The notes: generated by a model not told the origin, from the letters alone. A stretch of 64,000 nucleotides of DNA from Neoechinorhynchus agilis (GCA_051530055.1 CM121343.1:1396389-1460388); one strand, 5' to 3'; counted from the first letter of the stretch, positions 40,450 through 52,329 are shown. A program made the numbers and translations.

Positions 40450-41385
40450 ATAAATTTGAACAGCTAACTTCATAACGCCTCTCAGCCCTACCACCACAAT
40501 ATCTTCCACATATCGCACCCTTTTCACACGAGAACAACACTCGTAATCCTAATTCGTTTTTTCCTCTTTCGACTTCGCACCTCCCTATACTTACGCTCCT
40601 TTTCCATGCCGCCCAGTCTTCTCGGATATCATAACCTGAAATGAATCTGAGGAAAAACCAACCTTACAAGCGCTTCTGCGAACAATAACCACCAATTCCC
40701 ATCAGAACGGATCTTCCAACCCAACCGAACATTGCCGCCCGCCAGGACTCGTAATCCACTTTATAATCAATAGCCAGTTTCATTTTCCAATCAGAACTCG
40801 AGTGTTCATGAGGACCCAAAGGTACATGGGTTCTCTTCTTTGTGAATCAACAAATAAAACGTGTTATTATTAGGTTGAAGACATGACTGTCGGTATACGA
40901 AAAAATGAAGCATCGAAAAATGAAGGCGTTCAAAAAGAATGATTTTAACGCTAAACAAATTAATCATCGATGGAAAATCCTTCGGGTTAGTCAAAGTATA
41001 ATTTTGGTGAAAATACTCCCGGTAATAGCATATTTGATTTATTGGACATATTTCGCGAGGTGACCTCGCCTCATCAGTCATCTAAAAAATAATACATTTT
41101 TCACATTCAGGTTTTAAGCTCGAGCACGCAGAATCGCCATACCCGAAATTCGGGGCCAATTATCCGCTCAAACCCCCTGCGATGTACTACGTTCTTTCCA
41201 TGATTTTAGTATTGATTTTTAACACGTCGCTGGCTGGAAGTTTCAAGCCAAAAATAGCTTTATTTAATTCCATATTGTTTAACACAGCGATGTGTAAGGC
41301 CTCCAAAACAAGACTTCTTTTTAAGTTTTGCTCTATTTCTATAAAGTTGGTGCCACCAGAATCCGCTGGATCCTTACATGTCGCT
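40450..41385 (-). mobile_element. PLE family B 3' portion (GIY-YIG C-terminus, hammerhead, downstream tail)
   Basis: GGTNFIEIEQNLKRSLVLEALHIAV..KIMERT* is near-identical to the end of ORF 53633-54058; flanking DNA 40950-41330 matches 53930-54300 in inverse orientation. Confidence 0.75.
41041..41080 (-). ncRNA. Minimal type I hammerhead ribozyme motif (family B)
   Basis: Minus strand CTGATGA-G-GCGAGG-TCA-CCTCGC-GAAA-TAT-GTC followed by AATAAA; stem II perfect; stem I pairing not evident. Confidence 0.65.
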
Positions 41386-41389
41386 TGAT

Positions 41390-41528
41390 GATTGGAGATT
41401 ACCGACACACGAACCAAATGGTTTACTCCATTGTGAGTAAAAAGGCTGGAATTCGTCTATACAGTACTAAAGGAATCGCTCTCAGAATCACTTTCAAGAG
41501 GAAGGGTGAAATTGAGCCGACTCATGGG
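41390..41528 (+). mobile_element. PLE family B fragment in opposite orientation (pre-GIY-YIG linker)
   Basis: YSIVSKKAGIRLYSTKGIALRITFKRKGEIEPTHG matches 53630-53745; cut off just before the GIY motif by the LTR. Confidence 0.75.
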
Positions 41529-41696
41529 GATCAAATGGCTGACAAGAAGGTAACAAAGATGTGGTGACGATGCAACGCATGATTATTGATCGTGAGCGTT
41601 GACATTGTACTTGTGAGTGTGCAAGTGACGGGTGGTTGTTAGAAAATGGCTGGTTGTCACAAGAAGATTTTGATCATGGCTAACAAGGGAACGACA
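41528..41696 (+). repeat. Gypsy LTR, 5' copy (first few bases lost)
   Basis: 169 bp identical to 49556-49724; ends in CA and is followed 2 nt later by a PBS and gag. Confidence 0.8.
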
Positions 41697-41698
41697 AT

Positions 41699-41708
41699 TG
41701 GCGACGAG
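41699..41708 (+). promoter_or_regulatory. Primer binding site TGGCGACGAG
   Basis: Typical Gypsy PBS motif placed directly after the LTR end and before gag. Confidence 0.75.
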
Positions 41709-41714
41709 GGTTCG

Positions 41715-42315
41715 TTAATTCAAAGAATGATGGAAAGACAAGATGCTGTGATGGCTATGTTGTTGAAGCAGCAGGACGAGCAAGAAGCCAACGATAAAAG
41801 ATTGTGGGAAATGGTGTTTGAGAAGAAGGAAAACAATAAAGAGAGCAAATGACAAGTCAAGATCGCGCCCTTCAGAACTTTCAACCAGGAACAGGAGTCC
41901 TGGAAAACTACCTAGAGCAGTTAACACAACATTCCCTGCTCTCGGGGATAGAAGACGAGGAGCAGGAAAAGACATGCTTACTTGATTGGTTGGGCCCGAG
42001 GACATTTGGAATAATCAGGAAAGCGACTGGAGCGAGAAAGCCAGCCGAACTGAAATACAACGATTTAATGATGTTATTGAAAGAGATGATGGGAGAGCGA
42101 ATTCACGAAATCACATACAGGTATAAATTTTTCAATATGAAGATGAATGTGCAGCATTCGTACAGAGAATGGGTCACGGAACTGTGGGGGCTGCAAGATG
42201 TTGTGGTGTTGAACTGCCCTCACGAGGAGGTGTGGAAGATGGCATTACAACACAAGAATTTAAAACTAAAAAATTAACCGAAGCCATGGAAGTAATGAGA
42301 AGTCAGGAAAGGGAG
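41715..42315 (+). mobile_element. Gypsy gag, disrupted and 3'-truncated
   Basis: VKIAPFRTFNQEQESW / NYLEQL..LLDWLGPRTFGII..KPAELKY..EITYRYKFF; stop and frameshifts present; no zinc knuckle before the foreign insert. Confidence 0.7.
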
Positions 42316-42329
42316 GGGAGTTACACATC

Positions 42330-43889
42330 CTGCCGGTGGCAAACAATGTAGTTTCGGCCTTTGCCTACTCACCTGCTAACGACGCCGCCGAGACTGAAAT
42401 GTTAACTGCACTGGCAAATGGAGTGCGCTCTGGTGTTCTGGTCGTGGATAACGTAAAGTTCAGTCCCAATCAGTTGAATGTGTTGGCCTTGGCTGCGAAT
42501 GAGTTTCCGAGGTTTGCAGTAGCTGCTCCTGGCCACCCATCTTTGGCCCAAGCGGTGACTATTCCCGCAGTGCCTCTCGTCATTTTGTATCGCGGAGGGC
42601 AGGCTATCGTTCCTCCTGCAGTTCTCCCTCAGTTCAACGTTGTTAAAGAGACGATTGTGCGGTTGATGTCCCTCCGTCGTGAGTTCTCTGCTGCAATAAC
42701 TGGTTTTCATCGAGCGGCCTCAATTTTTGCTCGTTGGGGGCCGACCAGGCATCTCAGTCGGATAGGGGGATTTACCGGGACGCTCGAGGTTTCTGTGCTA
42801 GTGACCAAAGCCACATTTTGGAAATTCCTTCTTGCACTTATTAGGTTTAATCCGGGACGCGGCGGATGAGGACATCAAACTGGAGGCTTCCTTTATGGCG
42901 TCAGTGGACGCCTCGGATTGTTTTAGGCTGAGCCTATTTTCTTCTGCCATCGCTGTACTATCCATATCAACTGCTTTCGACCAATATTGTATAACGGCCC
43001 GTGGATTATGCTTCGGCGATATAGTAGAGACGGCAACAAATTATAACAGTATGAGGACCAAGATACAGCAACTATCAACAGTCTCAAGAGTCGCCCCTGC
43101 CTTGTGTCTCCTTTATCAGATGGCCATGCGTCTATCAACTGCAATAAAAATGCCGAGCCTTGGAATACACTTTTGGACTGGAACCGCGTGGGCAACTGAA
43201 TTCACAGCCATATCTGTAGAGAACAATGTCACCGATGCGATGTGGCACGGCGCTTTTGGCGCTTACGTCCCTTATCCGGTATCTCCACTCTCAATGCTAT
43301 GGTGCGTTAAGATTTATCCGGCACACTGGGCTTTCCCAGTCCTCCGACTTCAATTATGATTACAAAGGAAATCGTGCGTGCGGGCTTTCTGCGAGATGTA
43401 TTCTTCATGCCGTCCATAGGTGACGAGATTTTCAATTCTGGCGGCGTGATTGCGAGCGGCAGGCATAGTACTTCTCACTATGTAAAACTCCTGCTCAATG
43501 TCATAGCGCAAACTGCCCGTTACGTTTTTGCGCCTACCAATGAGTGGATTGCCCGCGATCCAGACATGATCAGTCACGAGCGGTCCATACCCGGTGATCG
43601 ACCGTTGCCTGCCATGCAATGGGATGAAGAACTGATGATTATAGTTCCTGGAACGCTTTGTGCCTTCTCATGGGAGATGTCTAGCTTCGCCTCGCCAATA
43701 TGGCGCCTAGGCGACCTACACGCTGAAATCTCTAGAGTGATCCTCCGGAAAGATTGTCTACAGCACCCGGCAGTGGGCATAGAGTGCGATAGAGGCAGCA
43801 TCTATACCCCTGGTGCTTTCGACATCTTAGGCCTACATGACGTGGAAGGTGAAGCCGGGACTTTGCCAGTGGATGATTTCAAGTTTTAG
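42330..43889 (+). other. Endogenous viral element: putative toti-like dsRNA virus capsid gene (partial, two compensating frameshifts)
   Basis: Three consecutive stop-free ORFs (42336-42869, 42832-43359, 43356-43889; frames 0/+1/0) totalling ~515 codons. No retroelement motif; GC-richer than the flanks; lies directly upstream of a frameshift signal and an RdRp-like ORF. Capsid identity is inferred mainly from position. Confidence 0.55.
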
Positions 43890-43930
43890 AGGGGGCTAGT
43901 GGGTGTGTTACAAGCCCTCTTAAGGGCCAC
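43874..43930 (+). promoter_or_regulatory. Putative -1 programmed ribosomal frameshift cassette
   Basis: T-GAT-TTC in the capsid frame (one change from G-GAU-UUC), 8-nt spacer, 9-bp stem 43889-43897:43913-43921, loop GTGG able to pair with CCAC at 43927-43930. Confidence 0.55.
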
Positions 43931-45097
43931 GTTGTGAGATAGAAAATTAAAACTTCTCTCATTGCGCTTGAAACCCTAGTGAGTGGGTATGTTCAGGCTA
44001 CCTTGAAGAACCAAAAAACCAGGGCATTGTGTTCCTCTACTTACCCCTTCCCCTCTGCATTTTTAGATATTGATGGTACTCGACTTTTCGCCAGATAAAA
44101 TGCAACAGCTATGGGCAGCAGCGAAGGTTGACCCTAAAGACGCCAGGGCTCGCGTCTCAATGTTATTGGACGAAGGGCCACTTTTGGCGACTACATCAGT
44201 ACACGCTTCGACTAGACTAGGTTCATCAATAGCTCGTCTCCACACTTTGGCTGAAGTAGAGGATGCTACTCGAAATACGGAGAGATTAGGCTATCTCCTG
44301 TCTATGGATACGTACAATGTGGCTTCTGTCGGACTCAACAACGAGCGGGATAGACAGAGATTGCTCGATGCAATGTCGGGGCTCTGTTTTTCGAATGACT
44401 CTCCAGTGGCCTTCGCACTATGGCAACAAGTTTTACCCGATTCTAGGGCACTCAGTTCCTTGGTTCGAGAGGACCTAACTGCTTTGGAGGCTTCTGCTAC
44501 TTTGAAAGTTCCTTTAGGCGCGATGTTGAAAATTGGGCGATACCCTTTTCATAGGTGTCCACACCTCACAATCTCAAGATGGGCCACTTCCAGGAAGGGC
44601 TACGATGGAGTCAACACCCTATTTCCTGCGGCAACGAAGGCTGATTGGGCTGCAACCAAACTAGACGCCCAAACTACCCTAATGCTCATATCTCAAGCCG
44701 CTCGTAAGCACAAGAACCGTTGGATTACACGAATCAATGACCTATTTCGCGTTATGCGCGTCGGAAACTTCAATTCCACCGCGGCCGGACTTTTGCTTGC
44801 AGTAGTTTCTAGCGAAGAGATGTCCCAGTGGGTGAACGTATTGAGCTCAAAAGGTCACTGCTGCCTACCTTCTGGAGACCTACTCACTCAGTTGAAGAAG
44901 TTAAGTGATGCTGCCCTCCGATCAGGGCGTTGTTGGCGAGGGCACCAACTATCTGCACCGGCACTGGCTAAGTTTGCTTATTGGCATCTATGTTCCTCGC
45001 GTGCTTTGAGCACCTCTGCTTGGGATAAGGAAAGAATGAACAGGACCACCCCCGTAGAACTGTCACCCGTCTTAGGTTTTGACATAGTCGCAGCGAT
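43890..45097 (+). other. Endogenous viral element: N-terminal part of a toti-like RNA-dependent RNA polymerase
   Basis: 349-aa ORF 44070-45119 with LKKLSDAALRSG and FAYWHLCSSRALSTSAWDKERMNRT, resembling the Totiviridae pre-motif pattern L..L..R.....W..E...R. Cut before the catalytic motifs; its last codons run into Gypsy protease DNA. Confidence 0.68.
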
Positions 45098-45099
45098 TC

Positions 45100-47150
45100 A
45101 AAATTCATCCAATGGGTAGATGTCTAGTATGGGTATCTAAAACAGGACAAAGGAAACAACTGCCAGTTATTGTGGCCAAGAGAAGGGAAAGCCCATTATT
45201 CGGTTTGGATTGGATCAGAGGATTCGGTTTAAAAATCCCAGCGGAGATAAGAAATAAAGAGGGGTTTAGTTGTGTGAAAGAAATAACATGGGAGGAAAAT
45301 CGAAGAACAATTTCCAAAGGTGTTTGATGAAATGGTGGACAAAGTGAAGAATTTCAAAGCACAGCTGATCGTGGAAAAGAATGCCAAACCAATAGGCCCG
45401 CTCGACGGATTCCGTTACCGTTATTGAACAAAGTCAAAAAGGAAATATTCCGCCTGAAGGAGAGGAGGCGATCGAATGGATTACACCCATGGTAGTAGTA
45501 AAAAAAGCTAATGATCAAATTAGGATTTGCGGTAATTTCAGAGTGACGATTAATCCGTTCTTGATTATGGAAACATATCATATGCCGACCATCGAGCAGT
45601 TATTCCAAAAACGTGGCTGAAGGTTGCAAATATTCTATTATTGATTTGAAGGACGAATATTTGCAACTCGGGGTGGAAGAACGGAGCAGTCAGCTGTTAA
45701 CAACGAGTACACCGTGGGGTTTGTTCTGATATGCCAGGATGCCATTTGGTATAGCAGCCGCACCAATAATCTTTCAAAAATTCATGGACAACCCTATTGG
45801 CGACACCCCCGGCGTGTCGGTGTATTTAGGCAATATATTTGTGACTGGAGCAAACATGGAGGAACATTGGGCGCACGTACAGGAGGTTTTCAGGAGATTT
45901 GAGGACGTTGGATTAAAGGTGTCCAGATCAAAATGCAAGCTGATGCGTGAGGTGTGTTTCTTGAGGATGCGCATTCACGAAAATCGAATTCAACCGATTG
46001 AGAGCAAGACGACAGCAGTGTTGAACGCTACCATTCCAACTAATATAAAAGAGTTACGATCCTTTTTGGAACTTGCCGATTTCCATGCTCCATTTATTCC
46101 AGGACTGCAAATGTTGTGCGTACCGCTGTATGAATTGACGAGTGTGAAAAGAAGATGGAACTGGACAAGCAGACATCAAGCAGCGTTTGAGCAAGTAAAA
46201 CGAGCCTTAGGAAGTCCGGAGAGACTAATTTCTAACCAAGTGGAGTTGCCAGTGGTTGTGATGTGCGATGCGAGTCAGAAGGGAGTTGGTGTGTGATCTG
46301 TCATATTGTCGAACGAGGACAAAATATTCCGATTGCGTGTACGTCTCGAGTCTTGGCCGATGCCGAAAAGAGATACTCACAAATCGAGAATAAGGATTTT
46401 GCAATTGTGTTCGCCGTAAGGAAATTCCATGTATTTTTACAAGGTAGGAAGTTCATTTTGCAGACCGATCATAGACCATTAAAATATATGCTTGGAACCG
46501 AGCGAAACTTGTCCAAAATAGCTAATACTCGCCTGATGAGATGATCCTTGATTCTATTGGAATATCAATATGTGGTGGTGCATATTAAAGGAAGAAAAAC
46601 GTTATGGCAGATGCACTATCAAGGATGCCATAGAGGGACAATAGAAATAAAAGTGTCACATGATGAAAATGTGGATCATTTTGAACTATCGGACGAGTAC
46701 TAAGGTCTGAATCGCGATGCGATTCACAAATAAATACAATAATGAGATACGTGTTGAGAGGCTGGCCGGACAGACAACAACAGGAGGATCAAGCGTTCTG
46801 GGTAAGATGAATTAGCCGTGGAAAGAGGGGTCCTGCTTTGGTTGAACCGGATCGTGGTACCGGAACGTCCGCGAGCACATTTCTTAGAAATTTTGCATCA
46901 TGGTCCTCCGGGCGAGTCCGTGATGAAGAACATTGCAAGATTCCATTGTTATTTGCCGGGAATAGACAAGGAGGTAGAACATTATGTCAAACGATGCAGT
47001 GACTGCCAACGTTTGCGACCAAGACAAGTATCGGCGCCATTAATTCCTTGGGATGTACCAAAAGGGCCATAGAAAAGATTGCACATTGATATTGCGGGAC
47101 CGTTCGGAGGGTCCCGTATTTGGTAATGGTCGACGCATGTTCCAAATGAC
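45100..47150 (+). mobile_element. Gypsy pol remnant (protease C-half, RT, RNase H, integrase N-part)
   Basis: PLFGLDWI, VVVKKANDQIRICG.F, MPFGIAAAPIIFQKFM, YLGNIFVTG, DASQKG, YSQIENKDFAIVF, QTDHRPL, H...G....K..AR, C..C; many stops and frameshifts. Confidence 0.92.
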
Positions 47151-47719
47151 CCGAAGTTTGGAGGGAAACACGAGTATTTCATTTGATAAACATGGCTCAT
47201 TCATAGTGTATAAGATAGACATGATGCTGATCAGTGCTAATGGAGATCCTTTAAAAACATGAAAAATAATATGAAAACTTTACGGAGATTACGTCTTGAC
47301 AACGAATCTGTCTAAGAAACTAATCATTCGAACTAATATCCAAATGGAAAATTCGATAATTGTGTGCTCTAATTTTAATGAAAGTAAAAATTGAATCGAA
47401 GAATAAAATTGATGGGAGTAATAAGTCCATTCTGGATTCAAAGCGATATTACCATTTTCTACATCCATTATTCCATGATTGACAATATAAGAACAGGGAT
47501 AGAGAAATATCATTTTTTGTAAGTCATAATCATACATTTTCTTGGCATATTAATATGATCAGTTATTATATAAATAAAAACATCTTATTTGCACGATATT
47601 CACCAATAAAGTCTTAATGGTGATGCTCCTGACATGTACAATTATTTTATCATAGGAGTGCAAAACTTTCAGAACTTGTAAATAAATCAAAACTCCACAA
47701 ACTCACAATAATATTAAAG

Positions 47720-48760
47720 TCTGTGGAGCTTACTCAATTATCGATTAAAGAATCTTTCTTGAATAATAGCTTAAAAAAGATTACAATATACACCCATCCT
47801 CTCTATGGAGCCGCTCGTTACGCTGCATTTCTCTATAACGGCCATCTTAAATTAAGACAAGTTTTCGATTTACGGCCTAAAATGTTTCCTTCTTACCACA
47901 AAATCTTTTATTCGAAAATGTCCGACCAAGAGGAAAAGATGTGCTTTCTGTGCAGTAGATCATCATAGCTCTAAATGTCCCAAGAAGGAGAAGCGATGTG
48001 CAAATTGCGGACAAACAGGACGCTGTTCGTTTGCCAAATTCTGCTCGAGCTTCCGTGCATATTACGCTTGGACCGTGAACCAGAATAAGGTATCCGAAAC
48101 TAGCGATGCAAGATATCCGAGAATTTCAACAGCGTCCATCACTCCTCAACCTGAAGCCTTTGGTCCCAGTATGAAGAAAGGAAATGGCAAACAACTGAGC
48201 ATCAGCTCTGGATCGAATCTGGACGACATTTCACAAAATGTTTCGAAACAAATGATGAAGACGGTGGAGAATAGAATTCAAATAGCGATTAAGGTTTTGG
48301 AGAGACGTTTAGCGGCACATTTTAATGCCCTTATGGAATCCATAACGTCGACTATGAAGAGAACGACAGGAGCGAAAAGTCATACACCGGTAAAACGGTC
48401 CAGAGTTTCAGATAATATACAAACAGATAATCTAAGTGTGGTCTCCGAAGAAGAGATAATGGAGGTGGATAACGACGTAGAGATGGTTCACCAGATCTTG
48501 GAAGAACAGAGACAGTTATGTGCAGAAGGGGTCAACAAGTTGATCCATAAGGGGAGTTTTTGATACATGCTAAGGTTAGCGCAATGGAATGCAGGTGGCT
48601 GCGCAGGTATTGCCAGACTGTCTAACATCCTATTAAATACTAAAATCGTATTTATAGACGAAACTAAATCCCTACTTAATAGTAACAATCTACCTCAGAA
48701 TCTCTCTCATTTTTCATCACACCACTGTTTAGTAAGAATTCCCAGGGTTTGTTATCAATT
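47720..48760 (+). mobile_element. LINE 5' fragment: ORF1 zinc knuckles and start of the ORF2 AP-endonuclease
   Basis: RCAFCAVDHHSSKC..KRCANCGQ at ~47937-48020, followed by MLRLAQWNAGG..IVFIDETK at 48567. Confidence 0.65.
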
Positions 48761-48789
48761 TTTAGTGATGTAATAAGGCCGAAACTTAC

Positions 48790-49530
48790 CGCCCAATCCA
48801 TCTCCTGCAGGACGCAAGGAGTTTGCAACCATTCAGAAGAGAATGGCCACTGATATTGGCTAGCGATGCAAGCGATATTGGCGTGGGTGCAGTTTTGTAC
48901 CATGGCTTGCCGGACGGACGGAGAAAACCCATCATGCATGCTTCTCGTAAATTGCAAAAAGCGGAACAGAATTATGCTACTATCAACAAGGAGACGTTGG
49001 CTATTATCTTTGGAGTCAAAAGATTTAATCTGTATTGGTACGGACGTCGATTTACCGTCCAAGCGGATCACAAACCGCTATAGTATATTTTGGGTTTTGA
49101 TCGCGACTTGACCAGAATGCCAAACAGTCGAGTGGTAAGATGGACTTTGCTATTGGGAGAGTATGACTACAAGGTAGAATATGTCAAGGGAAGAAGCAAT
49201 GTACATGCGGATTGCCTCTGATTTCAACGGAACCAAGTGATGATGAAGGTACGATATGTTGGATACATGAAGAGAAGTCAAGGGTTTGTGAGATGGCTTC
49301 TGACGAGATCCTGATTTATCGCAAGTGGTGCTGTATCTGAGAGACGGTTGGCCGAAACAGGTAGATGAGAAATTCATAGCGTATGGAGACGAAAAGACGA
49401 ATTATCGTTCGAGAACGGAATTTGTATGCTGAGTGAAAGGATCGTCATGCCCAAACAATTACGCCAGCATGTGATCGAGACTTTACATAGGGGTCACATC
49501 GGTATAGAAGGAATGAAGGCGCTGGCTCGC
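48790..49530 (+). mobile_element. Second Gypsy RNase H-integrase remnant
   Basis: LASDASDIGVGAVL, ASRKL..AEQNY..I.KE.LAIIFGV.RF..Y.YGRRF....DHKPL, LH.GH.G...MKALAR. Confidence 0.88.
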
Positions 49531-49555
49531 AAGGAGAACAATAAAAACGTTACAT

Positions 49556-49724
49556 GGATCAAATGGCTGACAAGAAGGTAACAAAGATGTGGTGACGATG
49601 CAACGCATGATTATTGATCGTGAGCGTTGACATTGTACTTGTGAGTGTGCAAGTGACGGGTGGTTGTTAGAAAATGGCTGGTTGTCACAAGAAGATTTTG
49701 ATCATGGCTAACAAGGGAACGACA
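49556..49724 (+). repeat. Gypsy LTR, 3' copy
   Basis: Identical to 41528-41696; preceded by purine-rich AAGGAGAACAATAAAAA (possible PPT) and CGTTACAT. Confidence 0.8.
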
Positions 49725-50339
49725 ATACCAACCGCGCGTCTCGAAGCACCGTAGAATTTACATCCAAGGTTGTAAAATTGTTGGTCGCAAGAACAAAGAA
49801 TTCCCATATAACCTATTAGAGGCGGATGAGTAAGCGTCGATATTGGTGAACACTTTGTTGTAGTGAGCGTCAAGACGAGTTGGAAAGTCTCGGATGTAGG
49901 AGAACAGAATATAAAATACTCACCGGTATTAATGTGTTGTAATTTTAGAAGTCTAAAATTAAGAATTGTTTTCTCGTGGCAAAATCATTTGACAAGTAAA
50001 ACTCTCCACGTGCTAGTTAGGTTTATGGACAAGGACCCGGCGGAACTATTAGCGAGATACTACTTATATCCCGGGTTGTTGGAAAGGGAAGGTGAGGGAG
50101 AGTTCTGGACATCTGCTCAACCGACGGGACGAACTATAAACTTCGATGTCGGTACTTTAACACACTTCAAAACCCTACTCGTCTTTGCACGAAGACTATT
50201 TAGCCATTCTAAAATTCTATTTTCTTATAACAACAATACTGTCAACTGAATCCTAGGGGCCAATTGTTGTTGATTTGGTGTTCAATGCAGGCTCTTTAAG
50301 CACTATTGCTGATTGACTGGGGAGAATGGTGATCGTAGG

Positions 50340-50790
50340 TAACGGTGGTCAAATCGCAAATCCCGTTTCATATGACATATTGGAGTTACCGGCATGATGG
50401 GATAATGCGTAACGGAATAGAATTAACGGAATCGAAGACCGAAGCATTGGTGAATGCAACAAGCCCCAAGAACGCTAGAGAATGGAGATCTTTTCTCTGC
50501 CTCGCGAATGTCCATTCTAAGTTCGTTTAGCATTTTATGCGTGTTACTGTAAGAACTGGTGACTGTCCCGAAATCGCAATGGAGTTGGACACAGGACCAC
50601 ATGAAGGCATTCAAATGCGAATCTGTAACGATTGACACCATATTCGCCGGATTTACAACTGGTTCTATGTCCAAGTTACTGAAACACGCAGAGACATTAA
50701 GAACCCATTGAACGAGAGGCCCTAGTGATAGTTTTCGGAGTCGAAAGGTTTCATCAGTTTATGTTTGGGAGGACCATCACTTTAAAGACA
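50340..50790 (+). mobile_element. Gypsy RT/RNase H remnant
   Basis: NGIELTESKTEALVNATSPKNAREWRSFLCLAN; downstream ALVIVFGVERFHQFMFGR..TLKTD. Confidence 0.65.
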
Positions 50791-51822
50791 GATCTCTGGA
50801 AACATTTCTCAAAGCTTTAGATGTAACTAGTTACGAAGGGTTGACAGAAGAAGGAGTAGCCGGGTTGAAATTGACATCAGCAAAGCAGTTTATATCAATG
50901 AGCTAGTCATGAACGTGCAGAATCGTCCAGGGGAATGTTGTATATAATAAAGGGGAAAAAATAGATCCCAATTATTCTGCAATAACGCTGGCTGTACGCA
51001 TAATAATCCGAAAAAAGAGGACAGCGCTGATGGTGTTCAAAGAGGCTATTAAGGATGCTTTGAGACGGAGATGGAATTCTGCGGGGATAATGCTCCCTAT
51101 TCCGGTTGATAGGTTCAAAAGGAATAAAAAGTTACCAGCTCAAAAGACTTCAAAATATAAAATAATTTAATAATTGTTCCAAAATTGAAAACTGGCAGAG
51201 TTTAAATTCTGTAGTTGCACCGAGGGAGTAAAGTAGACGAAACCTCCTGAATTTTCGCCAACAATGCAACATTAAAAGTCAAATATCCATTCATAAATTT
51301 ACTTACATTCTCAACTGAAGCAGCCGAAATGCTCGAGATCATTCAAAATCTTCCAGTAGAAGAGCAAATCGACAACGGTTTCGAAATAATGCAGCAAAGT
51401 GCGCATTCGATGCTGAGAGTGACAAACGTGTATAAACGAAAGAAAAGCAATTTTAATTTTTAAACGTCGATCGTATTACGTCGATATTTTAAAGTTTCGA
51501 TTTCACTCTTCTAATTTGTTTATCTCGGATTTCGAAAACTAATGTGCAACTTTTTTTTATGGAGATGGTCGATGTTTCATGGTTTAAGGAAAATTTCTAT
51601 AAATGTGGAATTCAATTTAACACGGGTTAACAAAATTTTGCAATTGAAATGCTTCCATTTTCTGGATTATCTAAAAAATATGTATTGCCCGATTGAAGAT
51701 GTTCCTCGAGGCACATGTTTCCTTCATTAATTATCTTATAATCTAAATTGACTACTTGGGAGCTTTCATCTCGCTTAAACTTATTATTTTGGTTTTTGCT
51801 CGTTAAAGGACGTCTTTAATAA

Positions 51823-52020
51823 AAGATTCTTTACCAGGCTAAGACCTAAACAACCGACTTAAATGTCAATATGTGAGGCAAAGGCGTTTCAAACCTCGTC
51901 GGGTTCATCATCAGTTTGTTAGTTATTAATAGACGCTTAACAAACTTATGCTGAACCCGACCAGGTTCGAAACGTCTTTAATAAAAGGTTCTCTACCGGG
52001 CGAAGACCTAAACATCAAAC
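51823..52020. mobile_element. Hammerhead family A inverted pair plus an extra tail copy
   Basis: Minus arm AAA-CTGATGA-T-GAACC-CGACGA-GGTTT-GAAACGCC-TTT (51882-51918); plus arm GAACC-CGACCA-GGTTC-GAAACGTC-TTTAATAAAA (51952-51985). The two arms together give an intact consensus hammerhead. Confidence 0.8.
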
Positions 52021-52329
52021 TTAAAGATTGAACGAACTCTTCCTTCTATGAAATCAGCACATTAAATCCAGCGAAAACAATATTTTTTTGCTGCAGGTTT
52101 ATACGACTACTTATGGTACCGAAACATTTGATCTTAAACAACACTTTTGTAACGTTATTTTTCATTACCATAATATAATAAAAATATACCTACTGATTGT
52201 AAAGAACCTGCGTAGTCCGCATGTAAAATGGTGAAGTCCGTAATCAAAAATCTGGCAATGATAAAAGAGTCTCTCATGTAATACATTGCTAAAGATCCTG
52301 CCAACAATATTCTATACATATTTTTTTGA

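Noticed and set aside
42336-43889. Retroviral/errantivirus env gene within the Gypsy element
   Set aside because: It lies between gag and pol rather than after integrase and shows no signal peptide, furin site or C-terminal TM anchor.
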